A stretch of DNA of 60,541 nucleotides from assembly GCF_001194135.2 (NCBI RefSeq), contig NC_069009.1, positions 8,853,878 to 8,914,418 of the forward strand, read 5' to 3'. The notes under the pieces were generated by a model. The model searched no databases and was not told the origin of the DNA. It saw only the letters and a list, made by a program, of their open reading frames with translations. The first letter of the stretch is position 1. Each line of letters starts with the position of its first letter. This DNA is from Octopus bimaculoides (Eukaryota). The position numbers and the translations under genes were made by a program. Below, piece after piece: positions 11,821 through 21,959 of this stretch.

Positions 11821-12489
11821 CTACAGTCTTTTGTTGCTCCTTAACTTATAGCTGAACTTCTGTTGGAGAGGGCTCTGGCTTAAGAAATCCTCCAATGTTA
11901 AGTTGCCCAAGGACGAGGGCTGCGGCACTTGGGTAGGGCGCTGGCATTCTGCATTCAGGACATACGTTTCCTTTTTCTGAGGTGAACGATACTGACTGCT
12001 CCGTCTGCTACTACGCCCCAGTGGGCATGTACAAGCATTGTCGCTAGTGCATTCTCGCCAATCAACTGGACCATACAGTGTGTGCATGCGTGTTGTGGTA
12101 ATGTATTTGATGTTGTCAGTGTTAAAGCCTGCAGCTTTTCTGTTTTGGAAAGTGGGAACGGCACCAGTTGAACTCCTGCTGTTGGCATTAGTACTACTGG
12201 TGTTCCTGAAGGGGGCATTGTTGTTTCTGTTGCAGTTGATTTTCTTGCTGTTGTTTTTATTGTTGTTGTTGTTGGTGATTGGTGTTTTTGTAGTGATGCT
12301 GAATGTGTACTGTGGGCCTCCAATTCTTGGCTTCCTGCATTTTGTGTAAGCTGGGTAACTCACTGCAATGTTTGGATGTGTGTTTTCTTTGAGGTTCACT
12401 ACGTGTATGATACTTCCTGAGTTCATGTTTTGCTGGGCAATTAATAAGACACGACGTCATATAGAAATGGTGGACACAGTGGCAGTTTC
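11821..12489 (-). CDS. Candidate terminal exon of an unidentified minus-strand host gene
   Basis: Strong acceptor TCTCTTTTTCTCCCACAG|G at 12490/12489. A 201-aa non-TE-like ORF (11821-12426) ends ..LGNLTLEDFLSQSPLQQKFSYKLRSNKRL*. The frame is ambiguous and no homolog was recognised. Confidence 0.35.
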
Positions 12490-12529
12490 CTGTGGGAGAA
12501 AAAGAGATATAATAAGAGCCAAATCTCTA

Positions 12530-12531
12530 CG

Positions 12532-12577
<46 letters not shown>

Positions 12578-12630
12578 TAACAATAATAATAATGATAATA
12601 ATAACAATAATAATAACAATAATGATAATA
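12530..12630. repeat. (ATA)n microsatellite
   Basis: Direct sequence inspection. Confidence 0.95.
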
Positions 12631-12920
12631 AAAGAAATGGAAAAACTTTCAAAATACAAAGACCTGGAAACAGAGGTAACTCGAATGTGGAATCTAAAAA
12701 CAGAAACAATTCCTATCATAGGAGGTGCATTAGGTATAATAAAAAAATATTCAGACAAATACATAACAAAAACACCAGGACTTACAAATATATATAACAT
12801 ACAGAAAATTGCACTACTGGGCACTGCACACATCCTACGCAAAACACTTTCAATACAGTAACCATAAGAGCATCACAGCAAACCACAGCACATACCCAAG
12901 GCACACAGAGCTGCGCTCAG
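12625..12920 (+). mobile_element. R4/Dong-type (RLE) non-LTR retrotransposon, 5'-truncated 3' end
   Basis: KEMEKLSKYKDLETEVTRMWNLKTETIPIIGGALG..IQKIALLGTAHILRKTL is the C-terminal part of the RLE domain; it begins directly after (ATA)n. Confidence 0.8.
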
Positions 12921-13218
12921 TAGTGTTATCTGTCTCAGATAGCAGGAAATCCAAAAATAGAAGAAATTTAAAAAATAGTGTTCATGGGAACTATTCATAT
13001 CTTATGAAAAATATTGTCTATGTGATTCCAAAAACATTTTAATCTGTAAGCCTTATCAAATTTTTTTTTTAAATATACAAAATAGCAAACACCTTTTACT
13101 GTCATCTTAAGAACACACTATCATTTTATCATTGAATTACTTTTAAAATAAACTTTTAGTTTTGATACACTCTCTAGAACAATACACTGTACAAAACCAA
13201 AAATATGGCACCCTAAAC

Positions 13219-13265
<47 letters not shown>

Positions 13266-13700
13266 GACCAGGCATAACAATAATAGATAAGAAAAAGCGA
13301 AAATTGCTCACTAATCCGTTATGTCCATTTGATTCCAGGTTTGTAAAGAAAGAGGATGAAAAATGAAAAAGACAAATACAATCCCTTAAAATTTGAAATT
13401 GCAAGAATTTGGGGTTTGAAAACTATAAAGGTTGTGCCTGTAATAATTGGTGAGTCAGGAAATGTGAATAAAAATATAGAGAAATGGTTGAAGGAGATTG
13501 GAATGGAATGTCTTTTAAAGCTTCTACAGAAAGTTTGCCTCTTAGGAACAGGAAAGACTACCCAGAGGGTTTTAAGCGCTTAAAAGACTACTGAAAGCTT
13601 GTGGATGCCTAAGGTTACAGGTAGCAACCTGCTACCCACATAAATTCTATCAGGAATAAGAATGAACCTGAATCAAACCAATAATGATGATGATGATGAT
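13266..13700 (+). mobile_element. R4/Dong-type RLE retrotransposon 3' fragment
   Basis: EKDKYNPLKFEIARIWGLKTIKVVPVIIG...LLQKVCLLGT; follows (ATA)n at 13221-13265 and ends in (GAT)n. Confidence 0.75.
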
Positions 13701-13739
13701 GATGAACAAATGCCCAGACTTGCCCCAAACCATTATAAG

Positions 13740-14240
13740 TTGTGGTGACATGATGAAGCAGCAAAAGTGGGATCCAGAGAGAGGCAAGACAAGGTAAAGA
13801 GAGTGTTGGAGTTGGGGACCTGCAAAATCCTATGGAATTTCCTAATCCAAACAGACCAGGTGCTTGACCTAGTGGTGATGGACACAGTGAACCATGAGCT
13901 CTATGACTGAAAATTTTGTATGCCCATGTCAAGAAGGAAGGTAAAAAAATAGACATATCTTAAATACAAGATAATGCAACAGTGGAAAATGAAGAAGGTG
14001 AAGACAGTGTCAATTATTGCTGGGTCCTTGGGTATCAGAAAGCATCAAGAGGAATATAAAGGAAATCAGAATACAGTGACCAGAAGTGCTGTTACAAAAG
14101 ATTTGTCTCCTCGGCACAATCAGAATCATCAGGAGAGTATTAGAGAGTTAAAAAGAACAGATGGCAAAATAGTGTAGGCTGCAGGTAGCAAGCCTGCTAT
14201 TCAAGCAAAGACTTCAGGGGTTCCAACAAAACTGGGATTA
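13740..14240 (+). mobile_element. Degenerate R4/Dong-type RLE retrotransposon 3' fragment
   Basis: PNRP...motif region at ~13845-13870 and QQWKMKKVKTVSIIAGSLG; 3' UTR AGGTAGCAAGCCTGCTA resembles 13618-13634. Confidence 0.6.
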
Positions 14241-14261
14241 AAAAGACAAAAAAAAATCTTT

Positions 14262-14455
14262 TCTACTATAGGCACAAGGCCTGAAATTTGGGGGAGGGGA
14301 CTAGCTGATTACATCAACCCAAGTGTTTCACTGGTACTTAATTTATTGACACCGAAACAATGAAAGACAAAGTCTACCTTGGCAGAATCTGAACTTAGAA
14401 CATAGCAGCAGATGGAATAGCGCTAAGCATTTTGCCCAGTGTGCTAACGATTGAG
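14262..14455 (-). mobile_element. SINE family B (Deu/Nin-like central domain)
   Basis: Reverse complement matches the copies at 50231-50980 (..CTTT..TTCATTGTTTCGGTGTCAATAAATTAAGTACCAG..). Confidence 0.7.
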
Positions 14456-15249
14456 CTCCCTAGGAGAAAAGATTAAATTTGAGATCATCATTAAGTTGGA
14501 TTTAAGAAAGAGCCAAAAAAACGAAAGAAAACTTTTTAATGTAAATCATCCCAGGAAAATGTGTCAACAACATGTGGAGTTATGATATGAAAATCATGTG
14601 TTGCTGCAGCAAAATGTATGAAAGTGTAAGCAACATGTGGGACTGTGAGAATGATTTATATTGGAACTGTGAACGAAACTGTGAGTCCGAGAACTAATCA
14701 TATATGCATTCCCATTGCTACACACAGCCACTCCTACTCTTTCTCAATTATACATCAAACAGTATAGTATTTGTGTTTATACAATTTACACTCATCTGAA
14801 TTGTAGCCTTCATATGTACACAAAACAAACAAGTATCAAGTGTGTGTGGTATTTAAATGCCTTTCACAAAAGCTGCAACAAGTTTCTTTCTAGACAAAGA
14901 AAAGGGAGCAGCTGTACTCTCAAGAAATAGTGGTGAATTCTGTTCTGAAAAAAGAAAGCCCCAGCACATGGCTGGAGGTAGTGTTCTGTCAGAAAGTTCA
15001 CACTGGACATACAGAGCCATTTCTTAATGTCACTGCCGATCCCCAAGTGAAGAACACAACTCACAGCTCACAATACAAACACTAATAAAACAAAAGCCCC
15101 AAAACAAAATATACAGATTCAATGCAATAAGGGAAGAATTTGTACTTCCTAAACAATAAAACACATACACACAATGTTTAACCCATTGCTGCAGTATGTT
15201 GATGACCAAGACAGCACAGCCCATCCAAATAAGGGTAGACAGACCCCTC

Positions 15250-17335
15250 CAAACTTGATGAAGCAAATCTGTCTACAGGAGTGATAAAAATCACTCCTTG
15301 CCAGTAGGGTTAAAATGGATTCTTTATTGTTCGTCACAAGGGTCACCTGAGGTCAAAAAGTTGAAAATTGGAACAAACTTCTCTGAAAATGATCTTGAGG
15401 GAAATCAGAACCAAGAAATCAACCCTGACACCTTAAGACAAACACCAAATAAAACAAACGTTGAAAGGACTACAAAAAATAGATGGAGAAGAGAAGAGTA
15501 TAAGTAAGTCATGGAGAGAAATGATAGGGGATGACATGCGTGAATATACTGATACAAACAAATTAGTCAAATTAGTATGCAGAGGCATCATGCGAAATAA
15601 GTGTCTAACATCAGGAGAATTAGAGACAATCAAGCTGAAGTGGATGATGAGAATAGTGACACTGAGAATAACAAACAGGAAAACTTCCACCTATTGATAG
15701 AGACAGCTCTGAACTTGATGTTGATGGAGGCAACTTAGAACCTGAAGTAGTAGTAAAGTAACAAGAAGTAGGAATGATCGTAAAGCTGCAATGGCTGACA
15801 CATTTGCTGAAGTCAATAGAGAGAAAATACTCGAGGTTAAAAAAACAATATCCTGTGAGAACATCTAGAAATGAAGGAGAGGGATCAACAACCAAAGTTT
15901 CAAATACCAAATCAAATCACTGTACAATCAAAATATGGAAAGAGCACATAAATAAGGTAATCAAGAGCTTCTAACAGGAATTATTGACCTTAGATGAACT
16001 CTTCAAAAGAAATAATGTAAAGACAAGAATGGTTAGAAAGTGAAAATACAATTTAATAAACATGAATGAAGTCTTGAGAAAAAAAAAAAGAGATGGTGAG
16101 GCAAAAAATTGCAGGTGAAAGCGCAACGTTTTATGTAGGTGTGAAAAGAGAAACAAATTTTACAAACAGAATAAGACATTTAAAACTGATGCTAAGAAAT
16201 TCTACAGAGAGTTAGGGAAATAGTTGATATGAAAGAAGTGATGACATTTTGGAAAAAGCATATGGAGCGACAGAAAGGAATTCAACAAGGGAGCTGAATG
16301 GGTAGGGAGAGAAGAAGAAGAAAGAATGGCTGAGATTGAAGAACAGGGATGGAACAATATTACAATGCAGGGACTAACTTAAGCTCTATCTAAAGCTCAT
16401 AAGTGGAATTGTCTTGGACATGATAAAATCCCTAACTTCTGGCTTCATTATCACACTGTCAGTTAACGGAATGCTTCTCTAATATCATCAGAAAGCCTGA
16501 AAAGACTTGAAGCTGGCTAACATTAGGGATAACATACCTACTCCCTAAAACGAGTGATACAAAATCCCCCCAAAACTACAGGCTCATCACTTGTTTGACC
16601 ACAAAATACTTAGATCCATCCTCACCAAAAGGATATATCAATTTCTCAATGAAAACAACATATTTCCCCTTGAACAAAAACTCACACGGTTGCAAAGATC
16701 AGCTATTAATACACTGTATGATACTTGAAAATTGTTCATCGAAGAAGCGAAATCTTAGCACAGCATAAAATGTCTTATAAAACAACCATAAGAGGGCTTC
16801 AAGTGTACATCCAAAGGAACACCAACTGGATGATACAGCTGCTAAGGCAACACAGAGTAAGAAACTGCACTCAATCTCAAAGGAGGCATATAATTACAGA
16901 TGAGAGGTTAACCTCCCTGATTCTGATGATAAGGAGGACACACCACCCACAAAAGCAGCAAAAAGTGTAAAACAAAAGCCAAACACGAAAGCTTGAAGGA
17001 AATACCAAGATTGTGGAAGAAAAGCCATTACATGAGTAATACCCCAAAAGAGCTGGGGAAAAAAACTGATCAGTGGCTGTTGGTTTGAAAGTTGAAGCAG
17101 AAAGATTTATCTTAGTGGCACAAGATGAGAGTCTTCTCACCTGGAACTATCAAGCTAATGTCGCACACACTGAGGTAGACTCTGCAATGACAAAATTGAG
17201 AGTATTGACCACATTGTTGCTGGCTGCTCAGTCCTTGCCCCTACAGAATATAAAACCAGGCATGGTTCAGTTGACCAATACTTGCACTGGAGCATATGCC
17301 ATCACTATGATATCACATAAAAAAAGATTATGAAG
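15250..17335 (+). mobile_element. Heavily degenerate R4/Dong-clade LINE (N-terminal region, RT start, CCHC zinc knuckle)
   Basis: Frameshifted manual translation shows FKTDAKKFYRELGK, FWK.IWSDRKEFN, IPNFWLH, GITYLLPK..NYRLITCLTT, GCKDQLLIN, GLKVEAERFILVAQDESL, ESIDHIVAGCSVLAPTEYK; much of RT is deleted. Confidence 0.75.
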
Positions 17336-17396
17336 CAGGGTAAGAGATGTTATATAATATATGGAAGGATGTATTAAAACATACATTTATACATAT

Positions 17397-17549
17397 AGGC
17401 ACAGGTATGGCTTCTCAACTGCATAGTTTCAGGTTCAGTTCCACTGTGTGGTACTTTGGGCAAGCATCTTCTACTATAGCTCTGGGTCAACCAAAACCTT
17501 GTGAGTGGATTTGGTAGACGGAAACTGAAAGAAGCCTGTCATATTGTTG

Positions 17550-17581
<32 letters not shown>

Positions 17582-17800
17582 CAAATATCTATGCCTTTGT
17601 GTCTGTGTCTGTCCTCCACGCCACTTGACAACCGGTGTTGGTGTGTTTGCGTCACCATAACTTAGCGATTTAGTAAAAGAGACTGATAGAATAAATACCA
17701 GGCTTAAAAAGAAAGTACTGGGGTTGATTCGTTCATTCAACTAAAATTTCAAAGTGGTGCCCCAGCATGGCCACGGTCTAATGGCTGAAACAATTAAAAG
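17397..17800 (+). mobile_element. SINE family A, full copy
   Basis: Matches 10540-10950. Confidence 0.8.
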
Positions 17801-18169
17801 AAAAAAAAAAAAAAAACAGATACATACAAGTGAGTGAAGAAATAAAAGAAAGTGACACTCAAAACTTTTGGTGAGTGTTACAAATATTTTGAATAACAGT
17901 TTGACTCAGCACCACATTGCTTACAATTTTGTAGGCATTTAGGACACATCCATCTCATCAGTTATTAGAAGAGTGAGAGAATCGAGATGAATTCAAGATG
18001 GCTTATGAATGATAGGCCGCTATTGGTCAGCTCAAGTCACATGGTAGTAATACTGTGAAAGCGATAGCCACTATGCTGTTTACTTTTTGCCCTGTGTTTG
18101 GATGTTTGCAGGAAGCTGAAAATAGCTGATGTCACATTCACAGCATTAACACCATGTGATCTGATCTGA

Positions 18170-18610
18170 CCAACAGAAGCCTAAGCATCATGAGTTTGTT
18201 TAAAATTTTGCACTCTTCTGGTGAGATGCATGTCCTATAGATGCACAAAACTGTAAGTCATGTGGAGATGAGTCAAACTGTTATTAAATAGATATATGGA
18301 GGGAGAGCCAGGAAGACATGGGATGAAGTATTGAAGGCTGATCTTAAAATACTGAGCCTTATGAAGGAGATGACAGAGGACTGAGATATGACGACCAGCC
18401 CACCATAACAGAATTGAGATGATAGAGGACCAGACGTCACGTAAAAAGCACCCAATACACTTTGTGGAGTGGTTGGCATTTAAGAAGGGCATCCAGCTGT
18501 AGAAACCAAACCATACAAACTATGGAACCTGGTGCGGCCCCTATCCTTGCCAATTCCTATTAAACCATCCAATCCATGCCACCATGGAAAATGGACGTTA
18601 AATGATACTG
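18170..18610 (+). mobile_element. RTE LINE 3' fragment
   Basis: GRARKTWDEVLKADLKILSL-like coding remnant; 3' UTR GAGTGGTTGGCATT...GGGCATCCAGCTGTAGAAAC...GGACGTTAAATGAT. Confidence 0.75.
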
Positions 18611-18622
18611 TTGCAGCTGCTG

Positions 18623-18679
<57 letters not shown>

Positions 18680-20324
18680 GACAGATATGTTCTTGACTCC
18701 CAGACAGAAGATAAACTGGTTTTACTTTAAATTTTTATAAATTTTTACAAATATTTGATAAGATGAGATACATGAAAACCGATAATATTTTCTTTATATA
18801 ATTTTAAAAATCATTTTTATTAAATTTTTTCTTAAATTGAAATATCTTAGACTTACTTCTGTACTATTTCCACCTCCATCTTTTATATATGAAAATTTGA
18901 TTTGTATAGATCTCTAATCTTTTTTCAGNNNNNNNNNNNNNNNNNNNNNNNNNNNNNNNNNNNNNNNNNNNNNNNNNNNNNNNNNNNNNNNNNNNNNNNN
19001 NNNNNNNNNNNNNNNNNNNNNNNNNNNNNNNNNNNNNNNNNNNNNNNNNNNNNNNNNNNNNNNNNNNNNNNNNNNNNNNNNNNNNNNNNNNNNNNNNNNN
19101 NNNNNNNNNNNNNNNNNNNNNNNNNNNNNNNNNNNNNNNNNNNNNNNNNNNNNNNNNNNNNNNNNNNNNNNNNNNNNNNNNNNNNNNNNNNNNNNNNNNN
19201 NNNNNNNNNNNNNNNNNNNNNNNNNNNNNNNNNNNNNNNNNNNNNNNNNNNNNNNNNNNNNNNNNNNNNNNNNNNNNNNNNNNNNNNNNNNNNNNNNNNN
19301 NNNNNNNNNNNNNNNNNNNNNNNNNNNNNNNNNNNNNNNNNNNNNNNNNNNNNNNNNNNNNNNNNNNNNNNNNNNNNNNNNNNNNNNNNNNNNNNNNNNN
19401 NNNNNNNNNNNNNNNNNNNNNNNNNNNNNNNNNNNNNNNNNNNNNNNNNNNNNNNNNNNNNNNNNNNNNNNNNNNNNNNNNNNNNNNNNNNNNNNNNNNN
19501 NNNNNNNNNNNNNNNNNNNNNNNNNNNNNNNNNNNNNNNNNNNNNNNNNNNNNNNNNNNNNNNNNNNNNNNNNNNNNNNNNNNNNNNNNNNNNNNNNNNN
19601 NNNNNNNNNNNNNNNNNNNNNNNNNNNNNNNNNNNNNNNNNNNNNNNNNNNNNNNNNNNNNNNNNNNNNNNNNNNNNNNNNNNNNNNNNNNNNNNNNNNN
19701 NNNNNNNNNNNNNNNNNNNNNNNNNNNNNNNNNNNNNNNNNNNNNNNNNNNNNNNNNNNNNNNNNNNNNNNNNNNNNNNNNNNNNNNNNNNNNNNNNNNN
19801 NNNNNNNNNNNNNNNNNNNNNNNNNNNNNNNNNNNNNNNNNNNNNNNNNNNNNNNNNGTGAGAAAAAAAAAAAATGTACAGTCACTCTCTCTCTCTCTCT
19901 CACACAAAAATACACTTTCTATCTAACTTCCCACATCAACTCATACACAAGTTCATGTCCATTTCCTCTCTCTTTCACTTTATGCTACTTTCAAGGACAA
20001 TGTCAATTTCCACTCACAAAAACAAGGAAATAAAAACTTTTCATGGAATTTACCAAACACTGTACCTTAACAGCTGATCGAAAATGACATTCCTGTAAGT
20101 TATATTGAATGATTGCCAACTTTCCAGTTGTTGGATACTCTATGTCCCCATTCCCTTAACCATTTCTCAAACTCTGTTTGAGTGCAACCAAATGCACCAA
20201 TGAACATATTTTGAGATATTTGGTATTGAAAATACCAACATGTTGAGGGTATTCCTTTTTTATTGTTTGTATAAAGTCTTAATTTTACTTTTACTAGTCA
20301 TCTATCTTTTGCATGCAGTTTATA

Positions 20325-20715
20325 ATGTTTTCTGAATTTATCTTTTACTGGTTTTAGTCATTAGACTGTGGCCATGCAAAGGTACTGCCTTGAAGGATTT
20401 ATTAATTGAATAAATCGACCCCAATAGATATTGTTTTTGCCTTTAAGCTTGTCAGTGTCTTTTGCCAAAACACTAAGTTATAGGGATGGAAACAAACCAA
20501 CACTGGCTGTCAAACAATGGTGGGGGGGGGACAAACACAGACACACACACATATATGGGCTTCTTTCAGTTTCCATCTACCAAATCCTCTCACAAGACTG
20601 ATCAGCCTGAGGTTATGGCAGAAGACACTTGCCTAAGGTGCCATGCAGTGAGACTGAATGCCAAACCATGTGGTTCAGAAACAAGTTCCTTGCAACACAG
20701 CCATGCCTGCACCTA
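20325..20715 (-). mobile_element. SINE family A, full copy
   Basis: Reverse complement of the consensus seen at 10540-10950. Confidence 0.75.
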
Positions 20716-21959
20716 AATTGTTTTTGTGGTCTAACTTGTTGGGAGAATCTATTACATAAATTCATCTTCTAATTTTTGTTTGATTTTTGAAGAACAGTAA
20801 ATCTTATTTCATTCTCATTCTCTTTGTTTCCTCCATTATTTTCCAAGAAAACATTTCATCATTTAGAAGTAATTCTTCTTCCTCATCTCTCTTTTCTTGT
20901 TTCTGTTGTGCTTTTCTCTTTTTTCTTTTAACTCTTTTTTCCTTTCATAAACACCCAGTACACTCTGTAAAGTGGTTGGCACTCGGAATAGCATCCAACC
21001 ATAGAAACCTTGTCAAAGTAGGCAATTGGAGACTGTTGGAGATCTCTAGCATGCCAGCTTGTCAAACTGCCCAAACCATACCAGCAAGGAAAATGGACAT
21101 TAAATTATGATGATTGACAATCTTTCAGAGTAAGTCTATCAAAACTGAAAGCATTTCTTTGGCAATTGCTGTAAAAAATATTTCTTCAATTTTTTTTCAG
21201 CTAGATTGCTTATGTTTATGTATTTTTTATGTATATATGTTTGTGTATTTATGTATATCTGTGAATGTGCTAAATATACCTACACACACACACATACAAA
21301 CATACATTCACAAAAAATACAAAAACATAAATAATTAAAGCACCCACGTTATACACTGCTAAGCTAAGCTATTCTCTTGCTATTTTGATCACTTCATTCA
21401 TTCATTCATGGATCTAACATGCATTATTACTAATATTTACTTTTGTCAACTAATTATTTAAATTGACTCTTCAATATATAACTTCCAAATCCTAATCTCT
21501 CTCTCTCTCTCTCTCTCTCAGTCTTAGTTTTTCTCCTTAATTCTTCCTTAATTCTTCATGTAATTTCCAAATTTCTCTAAAGCCTTGGTTTTCTTTTCCT
21601 CCTGTGTTTTCATGTTGGCTAAATATTTTTCGAACTCCCTCTTAAATAATCCTTGCTTGCTTGCAATGTGCCCGCTCATTCCTGCCCCCACCACCAATAC
21701 TGGATATCTCACTGGAAACCCCCTCCCTCACTAGTGGTCTCCTCTATCATACCTGCAATCTCCCCTCCTTCCTCCCCCTCTCTCCCCCAGGACTAACGCA
21801 ATCAGTTTACCAGTCCACCTAACATTGGCATATTAATATTAATATTTATTTTATTTATTTTTATATCTGCAGCCCCAGTAATGCTTATGTTCACAATGCT
21901 TACACTTACAATGTTGCTAGCACTTACTTTTACCTACAGTAGGGGCCACAGTCTTAACA

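Noticed and set aside
18864-19915. Long ORFs of 250-350 aa here and at 39087-39908, 44995-46099 and 47412-48334
   Set aside because: They consist almost entirely of N-gap translation (X); they are artefacts.
20060-20300. Minus-strand frame containing MFIGAFGCTQTEFEKWLREWGHRV
   Set aside because: No acceptor and no recognisable homology; the frame closes before the nearby donor-like AAG|GTACAG.
20804-20943. Minus-strand frame KEKRVKRKKRKAQQKQEKRDEEEELLLNDEMFSWKIMEETKRMRMK*
   Set aside because: It looks protein-like but has no convincing acceptor, is abutted by an RTE tail, and such purine-rich stretches give K/E frames by chance.
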